A stretch of DNA of 62,998 bases, filler included, from Octopus bimaculoides (Eukaryota), in assembly GCF_001194135.2 (NCBI RefSeq). It is 7 parts of 6 records of this genome, joined end to end, with 100 filler letters (N's around TTAATTAATTAA, not from the genome) between each part and the next. Parts side by side here need not be neighbours in the genome. Positions count along the whole stretch, not along the records: positions 49,520 to 55,366 come from NC_068984.1; positions 55,467 to 62,998 come from NC_068981.1; 5 more parts are not named here. One strand, 5' to 3'. This document shows positions 52,335 to 62,998 of the stretch, piece by piece. Under the pieces are notes generated by a model. The model had not been told where the DNA came from. It saw nothing but the letters and a program-made list of their open reading frames with translations, and made no database searches. Both the position numbers and the translations under genes were made by a program. Every line of letters begins with the position of its first letter. Position 1 is the first letter of the stretch.

Positions 52335-54799
52335 AATTGCTTCCTGTATTAAGTAACTTCTATTACTAGTTACAAACTACAGATCAAATGTACACACATC
52401 CGCGCGCGCGCACACACAGATATATATGTTTGTGAGATAGATGAATTTTTTTAGAGGTTTTATGTGCGCATGTTATGCAATGTGTTTTTATGTACCTACA
52501 CGTGGGTTCGTTTGTATAAATGCGTGGGCGGATGGAGCTACTGTATAATAATGTATCGCGATCATGTCCAGCTTATCTTAATTGATGTTCATTCATGGCT
52601 GATATTCCCTGCCGGAATCACCGTTATCGCGTCTTGTTTTGATAGTCGACCAGGAAATAACAACACTGATAGTTTAAACGAGCCACTATCATCACTGATG
52701 GAAGCCATGTTTAATCAGAGGTGAAACCAGACGATAATCACGCACGTATACACACACACACACACACATACACACACGTGCTTGCTTACGGATGCGCATC
52801 TATTTATAACTATGTATGCAGGTATGCATGTATGTGTGCATGAATGCTTCTATGTATGTATGTATGTATGTATGTGTACGTGTGCATGAATGTTTGTATG
52901 TGTGAATGTAGTAATTCGGGCGAAATTGTGAGGGCACCAGATAGAATTACATAGTGTTATTCTTTCTAGTTCTCTCGGTTCCGAGTTCAAAACCTGTCAG
53001 CTTTGTTTTGTATCTAGTCAGGGTCGATGCATAAAGTATCAGCCTAATGCTAGCGTCGATTTTTCTCCCCCTCTCCCCCCCCCTCTTTCTCTCGTTCCGC
53101 TCTTTTCATGAAACCGGCTGTATCCAAAGAGGATGAGCACTACTAAATTAAAAATGCCCTTGGAAAGCCACGTGTCGCAACGGCACCCCTACCATTCTGT
53201 CAATAACTGATATACGTACGTGCGTATGCATGTATATATGTATGTATGTATGTATGAATGTATGTATGTATGTACGTATGTATGTATGAATGTATGNNNN
53301 NNNNNNNNNNNNNNNNNNNNNNNNNNNNNNNNNNNNNNNNNNNNNNNNNNNNNNNNNNNNNNNNNNNNNNNNNNNNNNNNNNNNNNNNNNNNNNNNNNNN
53401 NNNNNNNNNNNNNNNNNNNNNNNNNNNNNNNNNNNNNNNNNNNNNNNNNNNNNNNNNNNNNNNNNNNNNNNNNNNNNNNNNNNNNNNNNNNNNNNNNNNN
53501 NNNNNNNNNNNNNNNNNNNNNNNNNNNNNNNNNNNNNNNNNNNNNNNNNNNNNNNNNNNNNNNNNNNNNNNNNNNNNNNNNNNNNNNNNNNNNNNNNNNN
53601 NNNNNNNNNNNNNNNNNNNNNNNNNNNNNNNNNNNNNNNNNNNNNNNNNNNNNNNNNNNNNNNNNATATTTATAGTTAAGCGGAAGAAAACATACTAAAT
53701 ACAAACAAAAAAATTGTTTAATTAAAGTAACACACGGAGTGAAGAGAAATATTCACTGGGTTCATTTTGTAAATTTTATCAGGAGCAGGAAGGGAGACAA
53801 CTGCGTTTTCCAAATTAATCAGTAATTGAATATTGGCATATCGTATGGAATGAACCTTTTGGTAAGAACAGTGACTATTGCAGATATGCTTCGGTATTAT
53901 TAAACGTCTTCAGTTGAACACAATTTGATGGGTCTTAGGCTGGCGTGTCAACTTAATATATTAATTAGGCCATTAATTAATCACAGATGTCTTTTGTATG
54001 CAGAACATAAAGTTAAGGCGATGATGAAACTATCTGTTAATTCATTTCCGATAACCTTGTTCCTTGCAAGAAAATAATGGCGATAAAATTGCTACAATTC
54101 TCACTTCATGCTGAATGTGATGTCGAAAAAGTTTTCATTCGTGAAAGGACTTTTGAATGTTATTGTTTCGAGCTAAACATAAAACAGTAATCTTGGTGGA
54201 GTCGTAGATGTTTTGCTGTAACATACGGCGTTTTTACACCTAGCAAAGTTCATCCCTTTCTATACTTGACCGTTGTCGATTTCTTCCGAAAGGAGAGAAA
54301 GAAACAAACAGAAAAAAAACAAAGAAGAATTGCCCTATAGGTCATTAAATTGCAAAAAGTATTCTTCAAAAAGAAATAGCCCAAATCAGGAACTTTAACT
54401 ACTGAGAACGCCTTTGTTGCGCATCGTTATTCTTTGGAGAACTCAGTGAATCAATATGTCATCGCATGTATAGGGAATATACTCCACAATCTTGTTCTGA
54501 ACCTTGGCATACAACAGAGAAAAACTCGAGATGAATAACGGGTACTGACAGATCTCAACACTTCCTCCCTGGAACTGTCCGGTGAGGTATCTATACAACA
54601 ATAGCACTAACAAGTAGAAACTATTTACCAGGACAAATGAATAATAGGGAAGGTTGGTGTTGTAACTCGTATATGGCACCAAATTTGATCATTCTTTAGA
54701 CTTGTAGTCTTGTACTGCAGACGCAGGTTGATAATGAGTGTAATTTGGTATACGAAAACTATTTAAAAACTCATCGTGTTTGTATGTGTGTGTGTGTGT

Positions 54800-54934
54800 T
54801 AACACTATAGGGGGTTCGTATAATGTTGTTATCCGTCCCTGATTGGAACTCTCCCGTATGACATGTACGCATGCTCAGTGACTTGCTTTAACTTCCGCAG
54901 ACTAACGACTCACGTACTGTACTGACCGGTTAAT
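54800..54934 (+). promoter_or_regulatory. Candidate promoter of the THAP exon
   Basis: ATTGG (CCAAT) at 54842, NRF1-like TACGCATGCT at about 54866, ETS-like ACTTCCG at 54891, directly upstream of ATG 54935. Confidence 0.4.
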
Positions 54935-55201
54935 ATGTCTCCAAAGAAATCACGCAACTACTGTTGTATATGCAGCCACTATAGAAGGAAGAATGTAGAC
55001 GGCAAAGTTATTTCACTACATAGATATCCTGCAAACGTAGCTATTCCTCGTATTTGGCTTCAGAGATCGAGACTTGTGAGGAAAGGCTTTGTTTACACTG
55101 CAAATAGCCAAATGTGTTCCCAGCATTTCGTCAACTTTAATGGACCATCGAGAGATCACCCCTTGCCATCCGTTTTTCCAAATAAAGTATTTAAAATATC
55201 A
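54935..55201 (+). CDS. THAP zinc-finger domain, first coding exon (89 codons) of a host THAP gene or DNA transposase
   Basis: C10-x2-C13-x47-C61-x2-H64 with the conserved P32, W41, F65, P78 and a PSVF box; intact frame ending at a phase-0 donor TCA|GTAAGT. Downstream exons are lost at the join spacer. Confidence 0.8.
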
Positions 55202-55299
55202 GTAAGTGCATGATCATATACGCAGTTAGTAGATGAGTGAAATGTCTATTTCTAGCATATAAGAGTCCACTTTTGATGGTCATTCCTCTTATTTTTGTG

Positions 55300-55366
<67 letters not shown>

Positions 55367-55466
55367 NNNNNNNNNNNNNNNNNNNNNNNNNNNNNNNNNN
55401 NNNNNNNNNNTTAATTAATTAANNNNNNNNNNNNNNNNNNNNNNNNNNNNNNNNNNNNNNNNNNNN
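55367..55466. other. Assembly join spacer
   Basis: 44 N + TTAATTAATTAA + 44 N. Confidence 0.95.
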
Positions 55467-56316
55467 TTTTCATGTTTGAACCACTACGCCTCTGATGAGA
55501 ACCCAATAATGTTCGGAAATCGATTAAAGTTGTTCATCTTTTTTTTCAATCTACGGAGAAATGGCTAAATTTACCCTCTTTATAAATATACAATATATAT
55601 ATAAATATAAATAGACCTCGTAACGATACCAGCTACCAAATGGTTTCACGGCGAATTGGGGCCCCAAGTGACCTTTGTAAAGTCATTGGGGAGAATCCCG
55701 AGCCGATTATCGAGGTCTATTTATATTTATATATATATTGTATATTTATAAAGAGGGTAAATTTAGCCATTTCTCCGTAGATTGAAAAAAAAGATGAACA
55801 ACTTTAATCGATTTCCGAACATTATTGGGTTCTCATCAGAGGCGTAGTGGTTCAAACATGAAAAATAGAACTTATGTTGAGTCAGTCTCAATAAGTATAG
55901 ATTTATTGATCGGAGAAAGTTACATTGTGACTGAAGGTTCGAGAGTTTCGTGCAGAGGCACTTATCAAACTAACTAAATCAACGTTTTCTATATAAAACG
56001 AAAAAGCAGGACAGTATCGGAAACAGATATGACGCAGATACTATTTTATATATAGGCAGGAAGACTTTTGATTAATAATATGACAGAATTAAGGCAAGAT
56101 AAAAAATGAAAGTCGTCAATATATAAGGCGTTCTGCCTAAACTACGTCTTTAAGATACGATTTGTTAGTAGTAACGCTAAAAGGAAACTATTTCCTAAGG
56201 AACTCAAGCAGATAGAGAGGAATAAAGATTTAATGAAAAGGTGAATCAAGACTAAAGTTGGAGTTGAAAAAAAGGCACTTACCCAGGCACTGGTCAAGCA
56301 AATAATGATATGGAAT
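55467..56316 (+). mobile_element. Probable PLE 5' end: 154-bp perfect inverted repeat with HHR-like motif, followed by a decayed ORF
   Basis: 55467-55620 is the reverse complement of 55711-55864; CTGATGA-GAAC..GTTC-G-GAAATCGAT at 55492. Downstream broken frames GVLPKLRL / RFVSSNAKRKLFPKELKQIE resemble PLE N-termini only weakly. Confidence 0.55.
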
Positions 56317-57006
56317 NNNNNNNNNNNNNNNNNNNNNNNNNNNNNNNNNNNNNNNNNNNNNNNNNNNNNNNNNNNNNNNNNNNNNNNNNNNNNNNNNNNN
56401 NNNNNNNNNNNNNNNNNNNNNNNNNNNNNNNNNNNNNNNNNNNNNNNNNNNNNNNNNNNNNNNNNNNNNNNNNNNNNNNNNNNNNNNNNNNNNNNNNNNN
56501 NNNNNNNNNNNNNNNNNNNNNNNNNNNNNNNNNNNNNNNNNNNNNNNNNNNNNNNNNNNNNNNNNNNNNNNNNNNNNNNNNNNNNNNNNNNNNNNNNNNN
56601 NNNNNNNNNNNNNNNNNNNNNNNNNNNNNNNNNNNNNNNNNNNNNNNNNNNNNNNNNNNNNNNNNNNNNNNNNNNNNNNNNNNNNNNNNNNNNNNNNNNN
56701 NNNNNNNNNNNNNNNNNNNNNNNNNNATTCAAGTAATGCTATATATTCAAAATTAACCATACATGCTGGTTTTGTTGTTGTTATTGTTGCTGCTACTGTT
56801 GTTATTGTCACTTACTTTTTTGTATTTTGACGCTACTTACCTTCAGAAGTTAGTGGTCCTAAACTCCCTAGGGAATTTTATGCTAGCTTCATCACTTTTA
56901 TTTATTTATATATTTATTTTTTTCTTTGTTTTGAAACGAGATCGAACTTAAGCATTTTATACCGATAGATTTTAGACACTTTTTTCTGCAACTGGTAAGA
57001 TTATGT

Positions 57007-57091
57007 AGGGGGTGCAAATTTTGATCTTGCAGCCCCTGAAAATTCTAGGGGGTGCGGGTGCACCCGCTGCACCCCCTGTTCCCGGACCCTT
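57007..57091 (-). mobile_element. GC-rich DNA-transposon terminus fragment (unclassified)
   Basis: Minus strand AGGGTCCGGGAACAGGGGGTGCAGCGGGTGCACCCGCACCCCC, typical of MITE ends; no partner end found. Confidence 0.3.
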
Positions 57092-57599
57092 GGTTATAGG
57101 TGTACGCCGCATAGGAAGATCAACGAATATGATATCGGTTTCGTGATAGATTTGCATTCTTCCTTCCGCCCACATCCTCACGTATAAACGCCTGCTCAAA
57201 CATGTGCGCCTGCAATATGTGCATGTTTCTTCATGTATACAGAATAAGCAATAAATCATGTACGTACTAACACATAGTACTGACACAAACATATACACAC
57301 AAGCACAAACGAGTGTGTTTAAACAGGTGGAAAAAGTATACACACATATGCAAAAATTTTGCATATATACGTATATACACATATATACAAGTATTACCAC
57401 ACGCACGTAGATACACAGTTATAAATAAAAAAGGTATTCATACACATATACTTGTGTATGTAAGTAATACACTTCTCTCGTACACCTAATACATAATCAC
57501 TACATGCTTACCCATATATAAACGCATATAAGCTTTTCTTTATACACATGCTGATGCACGTAAATATACATTCATCAATACATCTGTCAAATGTGAACA

Positions 57600-57915
57600 T
57601 AACAAGATGGATAATGTTGTTTGGGACAGACAAGAAAAAGTATATACCGTCATAGAAGTCAGCTGTCCTTCTGACGTGAAGATCTCTCTGAAAATCAAAG
57701 AGACAGAGGATAACCGTCAGCTTTTATATCCAGGTTATAAATCCACATTTATACTTATAATAATTGGTGCACTTGGATTTATGAGTAAATGCCTAAGTGA
57801 CAACCTGGATAAGCTGGGATTTTCAGAAAAAGAAATCAACCGACTAACCCGCACATTATAAATACAATCTGTAAGTGGAACACTTAAAATATGTAAGACT
57901 TTCTCAAGTTTAAAA
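57600..57915 (+). mobile_element. R4/Dong-clade LINE C-terminal restriction-like endonuclease fragment
   Basis: VVWDRQEKVYTVIEVSCPSDVKI...IIIGALG...LDKLGF...L*IQSVSGTLKICKTF. Confidence 0.75.
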
Positions 57916-58054
57916 TGTGATATTGTTTTTGTATCTATATTCCAACGATGGAGCTTTGCATCTTTGCTAGAAACCAGCTCTTTCTTCAGGAGAATATTTT
58001 GGTGAACGGAAACTGAAAGAAGCCTGTCGTGTATACACACACACACATCTATAC

Positions 58055-58180
58055 ATATATATAATGTATAAAATTGCTTGTTTGTTTGTCTGTTACCAAT
58101 GCACACAAAAACCGGTTAATCAATCATGTTCAAACTTGGCATGAAAGGTCCTTAGACTCAGATATATGTTGTAATTTGGA
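58055..58180 (+). mobile_element. Possible non-autonomous Helitron-like 5' fragment
   Basis: TGTTTGTTTGTCTGTTA...AAAACCGGTTAATCAATCATGTTCAAACTTGGCATG resembles recalled Lep1/HINE-type starts; no 3' hairpin seen. Confidence 0.3.
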
Positions 58181-58452
58181 CCTATATTCTTTTGAAGGAC
58201 AGAAGATAGTCCTCATTCAACGTAGTTTTGGTTGTTTACGAAAAATAAATGGAAGTTAATGCAGTATGTGTGTGTGTCACGTACTGTTGTTAGTGTGTTA
58301 GCGAGTGTGTTCACTCCTTTCTCTCTTGTCAATTGATTTAATGTGAAGGGACAGGTAATACCTTCTACATGGTCAGTGCCGTAGCTAGAAATGGCAGCCA
58401 AATGACACACTATATACTCCTCTTCTCTGTATGTGTGTGTGTGTGTGTGTGT

Positions 58453-58508
<56 letters not shown>

Positions 58509-58744
58509 TTATCTATTTATATATGTATAGTTACGAACGAGGAATAATCTGAATATAATTTCAAATGGTACTACGCGAGATTAAGCTACTGCCCTCTTGT
58601 TCTGCTAGGGAAGATCAATAATAAATTTATAGTTAATTCTAATGAAAAGTAATTCATTTTGGTTACGTGACTTTAAAGCATGCTGCTTAGTTTTTTGCGT
58701 GGAAGATTTTAAATAGTAGTGAGTGAACATATAGCAGTCAGCTG

Positions 58745-58945
58745 TTGTTGGGCATTTGGTGTCGGGAAGTTGGTGTCGGGCAGTTGATGCGGCAGTTGGT
58801 GTCGAACCGTTGATGCGACAGTTGGTGTCGAACTGTTGATGCGACAGTTGGTGTGAAACCGTTGCTGGTGGGCGGTTGATGTGAATAAGGTAGGCGACGT
58901 GAGCAGTTGGTATCGGTCGGTTGATGTGAACGGTTGGTGCGAGTC
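58745..58945. repeat. Degenerate 12-13-bp minisatellite (alternating CAGTTGGTGTCG / CCGTTGATGCGA)
   Basis: About 14 GTTG(G/A)TG units. Confidence 0.8.
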
Positions 58946-59054
58946 CTTTTTTCCACTATAAACAAGTTGGCTTGCTGGGCTGGCCTACAGTTTCCGAGCT
59001 GTTGACTTGACTGTTGGAGCCATGTCAGGCATCAGGAGGCCGCAGTTTGCAACA

Positions 59055-59152
<98 letters not shown>

Positions 59153-59159
59153 TACAGTA

Positions 59160-59290
59160 TTAATAAGATAGGAAATGGATTGTGTAATAGACTTTATTGG
59201 GTATAACACATGCTTCGACCCGTTCTGCGTCTCTTCAGGTACATCAATAAAAAGTCTCACTAGAGACATTTTGTACAATTTCTCATATAT
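59160..59290 (-). mobile_element. PLE-type terminal repeat with degenerate HHR
   Basis: Minus strand GTAC-CTGAAGA-GAC(9)GTC-GAAGC-ATGT...AATAAA. Confidence 0.5.
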
Positions 59291-59319
59291 ATATAGATAT
59301 ATATATATTGAAGAGTGTC

Positions 59320-59575
59320 TCAACAAAATCAAGTCCTTCCTTCAAAAAATACAACTCCGGAAACATACTAGTGATGGGTGATTTTAACGTCCCTCATATA
59401 AACTGGCCCGCAAATACCCTGAAGTTGGGCAAATGCTCTACATCACACAAAGCAGCAGCAGAATTACTCTTTAATCTAATGGATAAATTTTTCCTGACTC
59501 AGCTAGCGCTCGAACCAACAAGACAGAATAAGACGATCTTAGATCTAATATTAACCAACCACTCTAGCCATTAAT
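59320..59575 (+). mobile_element. CR1-type LINE APE endonuclease fragment
   Basis: ILVMGDFNVPHINW...FLTQLALEPTRQNKTILDLILTN. Confidence 0.85.
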
Positions 59576-59606
59576 TGTCACACATTATATTACACACACA
59601 CACACA

Positions 59607-59686
<80 letters not shown>

Positions 59687-59769
59687 CACGCACACATACA
59701 TGCATATAGATATGTATATATACACATATATATCTAATATATCAATGTGTGCGTGTGTCTTTTTGTTTG

Positions 59770-59920
59770 TTTGTCTTCCACTACTATTTGACAACGGGTG
59801 TTGGTTTGTTTACGTTCCCGTAGCTTAGCATTTCAATAAGAAGTAACCGACAGAAGTACCAAATTTGAAACAAATTACTACGGTCGATTTGTTCTACTGA
59901 ACCCTTCAAGGTGATGCCCT
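59770..59920 (+). mobile_element. SINE family A tail fragment
   Basis: TTTGACAACGGGTGTTGGTTTGTTTACGTTCCCGTAGCTTAGC...GGTCGATTTGTT...CCCTTCAAGGTG. Confidence 0.6.
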
Positions 59921-59922
59921 CC

Positions 59923-59961
<39 letters not shown>

Positions 59962-62429
59962 GTAACGATAATTATAATGATGAAGATGATGATTACTTAC
60001 TGTCACACAATGTTTTATATTTTGTTATGAAACATTTCCAGCTGAATAGCAACATTTTCATAACATTCTGCAATAAGTATACAATACCATAATTGAATTG
60101 CAGTGAAATTTGTTCTCATTGTAGGAAAAAAACTTAAATTATTCTATGTAATTTTGGATGAAAGGCATTCACTTCAATAACATTCTGCATTAATCGTTCT
60201 TTTGAACCAAACCTTTCGTGCAATTTTATAAGAGTAATTTTCAACTATCCTGAAACACCGCGAGGCTTTCTTTTATGCGTTTCTGTTAGTAAAATTGCAG
60301 ATTTTTATGTATGTTATGCACGTAAATCAGTTTTGGTATACCAACATCGTCAAATACTCGGAATTTAGTAACTGGGAAGAAACTATAAAATACTTGGCAC
60401 CTCCTAAAACATTAAGTAAGTTGCACCAAACAGCTCCATTATTCACTACTCAAACAGGCCCATTACTCAAACATTAAAAAAAGTCACTCTTGTTACTACT
60501 AACCTACGTATTTTACATATTATTTTTATACAGACCCTACCCCTTGGTCCTTTAAATATTTCAAGTTCCAATCCACAAGCTCGATGTTGATGAAATTTCA
60601 CAGTAAATGCAGTCGTAGAAGTCGACGAATTGAGTGATGGGTGGTGGTAATTTCTAAAATAACAAGATTCCCAAAAGAAACATCAGCCAACAGAAGATGT
60701 TATTATGTTGCACAACTTGCAAGCTTTCTTTGCTTCACACACACACACACACATTATACTCTCTATATGTCGACACACAGGCGACATGCAAATGATGTTG
60801 CTCATACAAAATGATACTGTCTATGAACAACGGTATCATTTTGTATGAGCAGCAATTTTTTTTCACTCTAACAAAAATTAACATCAATGTTTGTAAATTT
60901 CGTTTATCTCGATAGGTTAAACAAATTACATTTAAATATGTAAGTAAAACTCTTTCAACAAAGGAATTGCTCTTCTCTTGATAGAGTCGAGCAATTATTG
61001 AGTTGCAAGGATTGTGACGGCATCGTAGTGAAGACTGTTTATGTCTGAGATGCGAAAATGTCGTCTGCCGTCATGAAATAATTATTACAACTTGAAAAAA
61101 AAGAAAAATAAATAAATTCTGCGTCAGTCATGGATAAGATCAGTAAGACGTCATTAATTTAATCACACGATTTTGACCACCACCACCACCACCACCACCA
61201 CCACCNNNNNNNNNNNNNNNNNNNNNNNNNNNNNNNNNNNNNNNNNNNNNNNNNNNNNNNNNNNNNNNNNNNNNNNNNNNNNNNNNNNNNNNNNNNNNNN
61301 NNNNNNNNNNNNNNNNNNNNNNNNNNNNNNNNNNNNNNNNNNNNNNNNNNNNNNNNNNNNNNNNNNNNNNNNNNNNNNNNNNNNNNNNNNNNNNNNNNNN
61401 NNNNNNNNNNNNNNNNNNNNNNNNNNNNNNNNNNNNNNNNNNNNNNNNNNNNNNNNNNNNNNNNNNNNNNNNNNNNNNNNNNNNNNNNNNNNNNNNNNNN
61501 NNNNNNNNNNNNNNNNNNNNNNNNNNNNNNNNNNNNNNNNNNNNNNNNNNNNNNNNNNNNNNNNNNNNNNNNNNNNNNNNNNNNNNNNNNNNNNNNNNNN
61601 NNNNNNNNNNNNNNNNNNNNNNNNNNNNNNNNNNNNNNNNNNNNNNNNNNNNNNNNNNNNNNNNNNNNNNNNNNNNNNNNNNNNNNNNNNNNNNNNNNNN
61701 NNNNNNNNNNNNNNNNNNNNNNNNNNNNNNNNNNNNNNNNNNNNNNNNNNNNNNNNNNNNNNNNNNNNNNNNNNNNNNNNNNNNNNNNNNNNNNNNNNNN
61801 NNNNNNNNNNNNNNNNNNNNNNNNNNNNNNNNNNNNNNNNNNNNNNNNNNNNNNNNNNNNNNNNNNCAAAAGGTCCCTGAATAAGGTTTGTTTAAGGATG
61901 TTGAGCAAAACACTCATGTTTCCAAAGGTGAATTATTCAAACCCCAAAGAATTCCTCTCAGCACATGGCTATGATGCTCCCCCACTACTTCTGCTCATGA
62001 TCAGAGATGCACATATCGTCAGCAACCAATGGACATGCTCAACTGGTTAAGGTGAAACAACTGACAAGCAAATCTGTGGTATTAAGCAGAATATTTGCTG
62101 TAGCCCATCTTTTATACCAAGACAAAACAATGTACATGATAACACTTCCAATCAATTAAGATCAGAAACCATGAGAGCCACTGCCTGGTACTGCATCCGG
62201 GCATAGCCACTGCCTGGTATTATTATTATTATCATTATTATCGACTGGTCCCTTCCTCCAAAGTTTCAGGCCTTGTGCCTTTAGTAGAAAGGATTACTAT
62301 TATGATTATTGTCGGTTTCAGTCCCATCCTCAGAGACTGGATCACCACAATATATAGTGGTATCTTCTCGCTCGTCAAATTGTATGGCCACCTCTCAGAA
62401 CCTTTCAGTAATGAATGCTCGGTACGCCA

Positions 62430-62700
62430 TTCTCGGGGTCCATTCTTTGTCAGCTCCTTGTGCGCGTTGACTCTGCGTAGGACTACAGAAAGTGGGATCA
62501 AGGCGATAACAAATAACAAAGGTGAGCAAGAGTCTCCCTGGAAGATACCTCTTTTGATTGTTACCTCGGCTAAGTGCTGGTTGTTATAGCAATGACATGT
62601 TTTCCAACTAGGCATGCTGTTCTTAATCAGTGCACACACGCTCTCAGCTATTCCACACGTGTCGAGAGTTCCCCAAATCCACAAATGCGGTAACATGTCG
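62430..62700 (-). mobile_element. R4/Dong-clade LINE RT fragment
   Basis: LIKNSMPSWKT...VTIKRGIFQGDSCSPLLFVIALIPLSVVLR. Confidence 0.8.
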
Positions 62701-62751
62701 TAAGCCTTATATTATTATTATTATTATTATTATTACTACTACTACTACTAC

Positions 62752-62816
62752 TAAGACGGCGAGCTGGCAGAATCGTTAGCACGCTGGACGAAATGCTCAG
62801 CGGTATTTCGTCTGTG
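62752..62816 (+). mobile_element. SINE family B head fragment
   Basis: TAAGACGGCGAGCTGGCAGAATCGTTAGCACGCTGGACGAAATGC after (TTA)n(CTA)n. Confidence 0.8.
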
Positions 62817-62998
62817 TGACACCGGTTGAGGTGCTTAGCGGTGTAGCGACTCCGTGAGATTGGATTGTTACTAGTTATTTGAGTGCGTCTGTACAGTAAG
62901 TGCAAGTTTCCATTAACTGTTTTTGTGTGTTCTTGTCATAACTATTGTGTGATAGTCTTCGTTTGAAAACTATCGTGTTTCCCCTATGGGGGAAACAG

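Noticed and set aside
54443-54682. 79-aa hydrophobic minus-strand ORF divergent from the THAP promoter
   Set aside because: TTG start and no recognisable homology; could be UTR of a bidirectional transcript, but unsupported.

Overview
AT-rich, microsatellite-dense animal DNA with about 7-8 kb of N gaps. The repeat families look like those of Octopus (inference from recalled SINE sequences, not from a search). The window is not one contiguous locus: six identical 100-bp spacers (44 N + TTAATTAATTAA + 44 N) split it into seven joined segments (1-12798, 12899-34341, 34442-39192, 39293-46553, 46654-49419, 49520-55366, 55467-62998), so adjacency across spacers is not evidence. No complete host protein-coding gene is visible. 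Content is mostly transposon debris: several tRNA-derived SINE families, CR1-type, Tx1/L1-type and R4/Dong-type LINE fragments, Penelope-like elements (PLEs), hAT transposase remnants and MITEs. The best candidate gene piece is a THAP-domain first exon (54935-55201) behind a promoter-like region. The most interesting signal is a non-autonomous element with a tRNA-like Pol III head, an (AAT)n linker and a minimal hammerhead ribozyme (HHR) tail. Two of its insertions have both 3' ends facing outward and are flanked by 12-bp direct repeats. This suggests a PLE-mobilised, retrozyme-like SINE; whether it is already described needs a database check.
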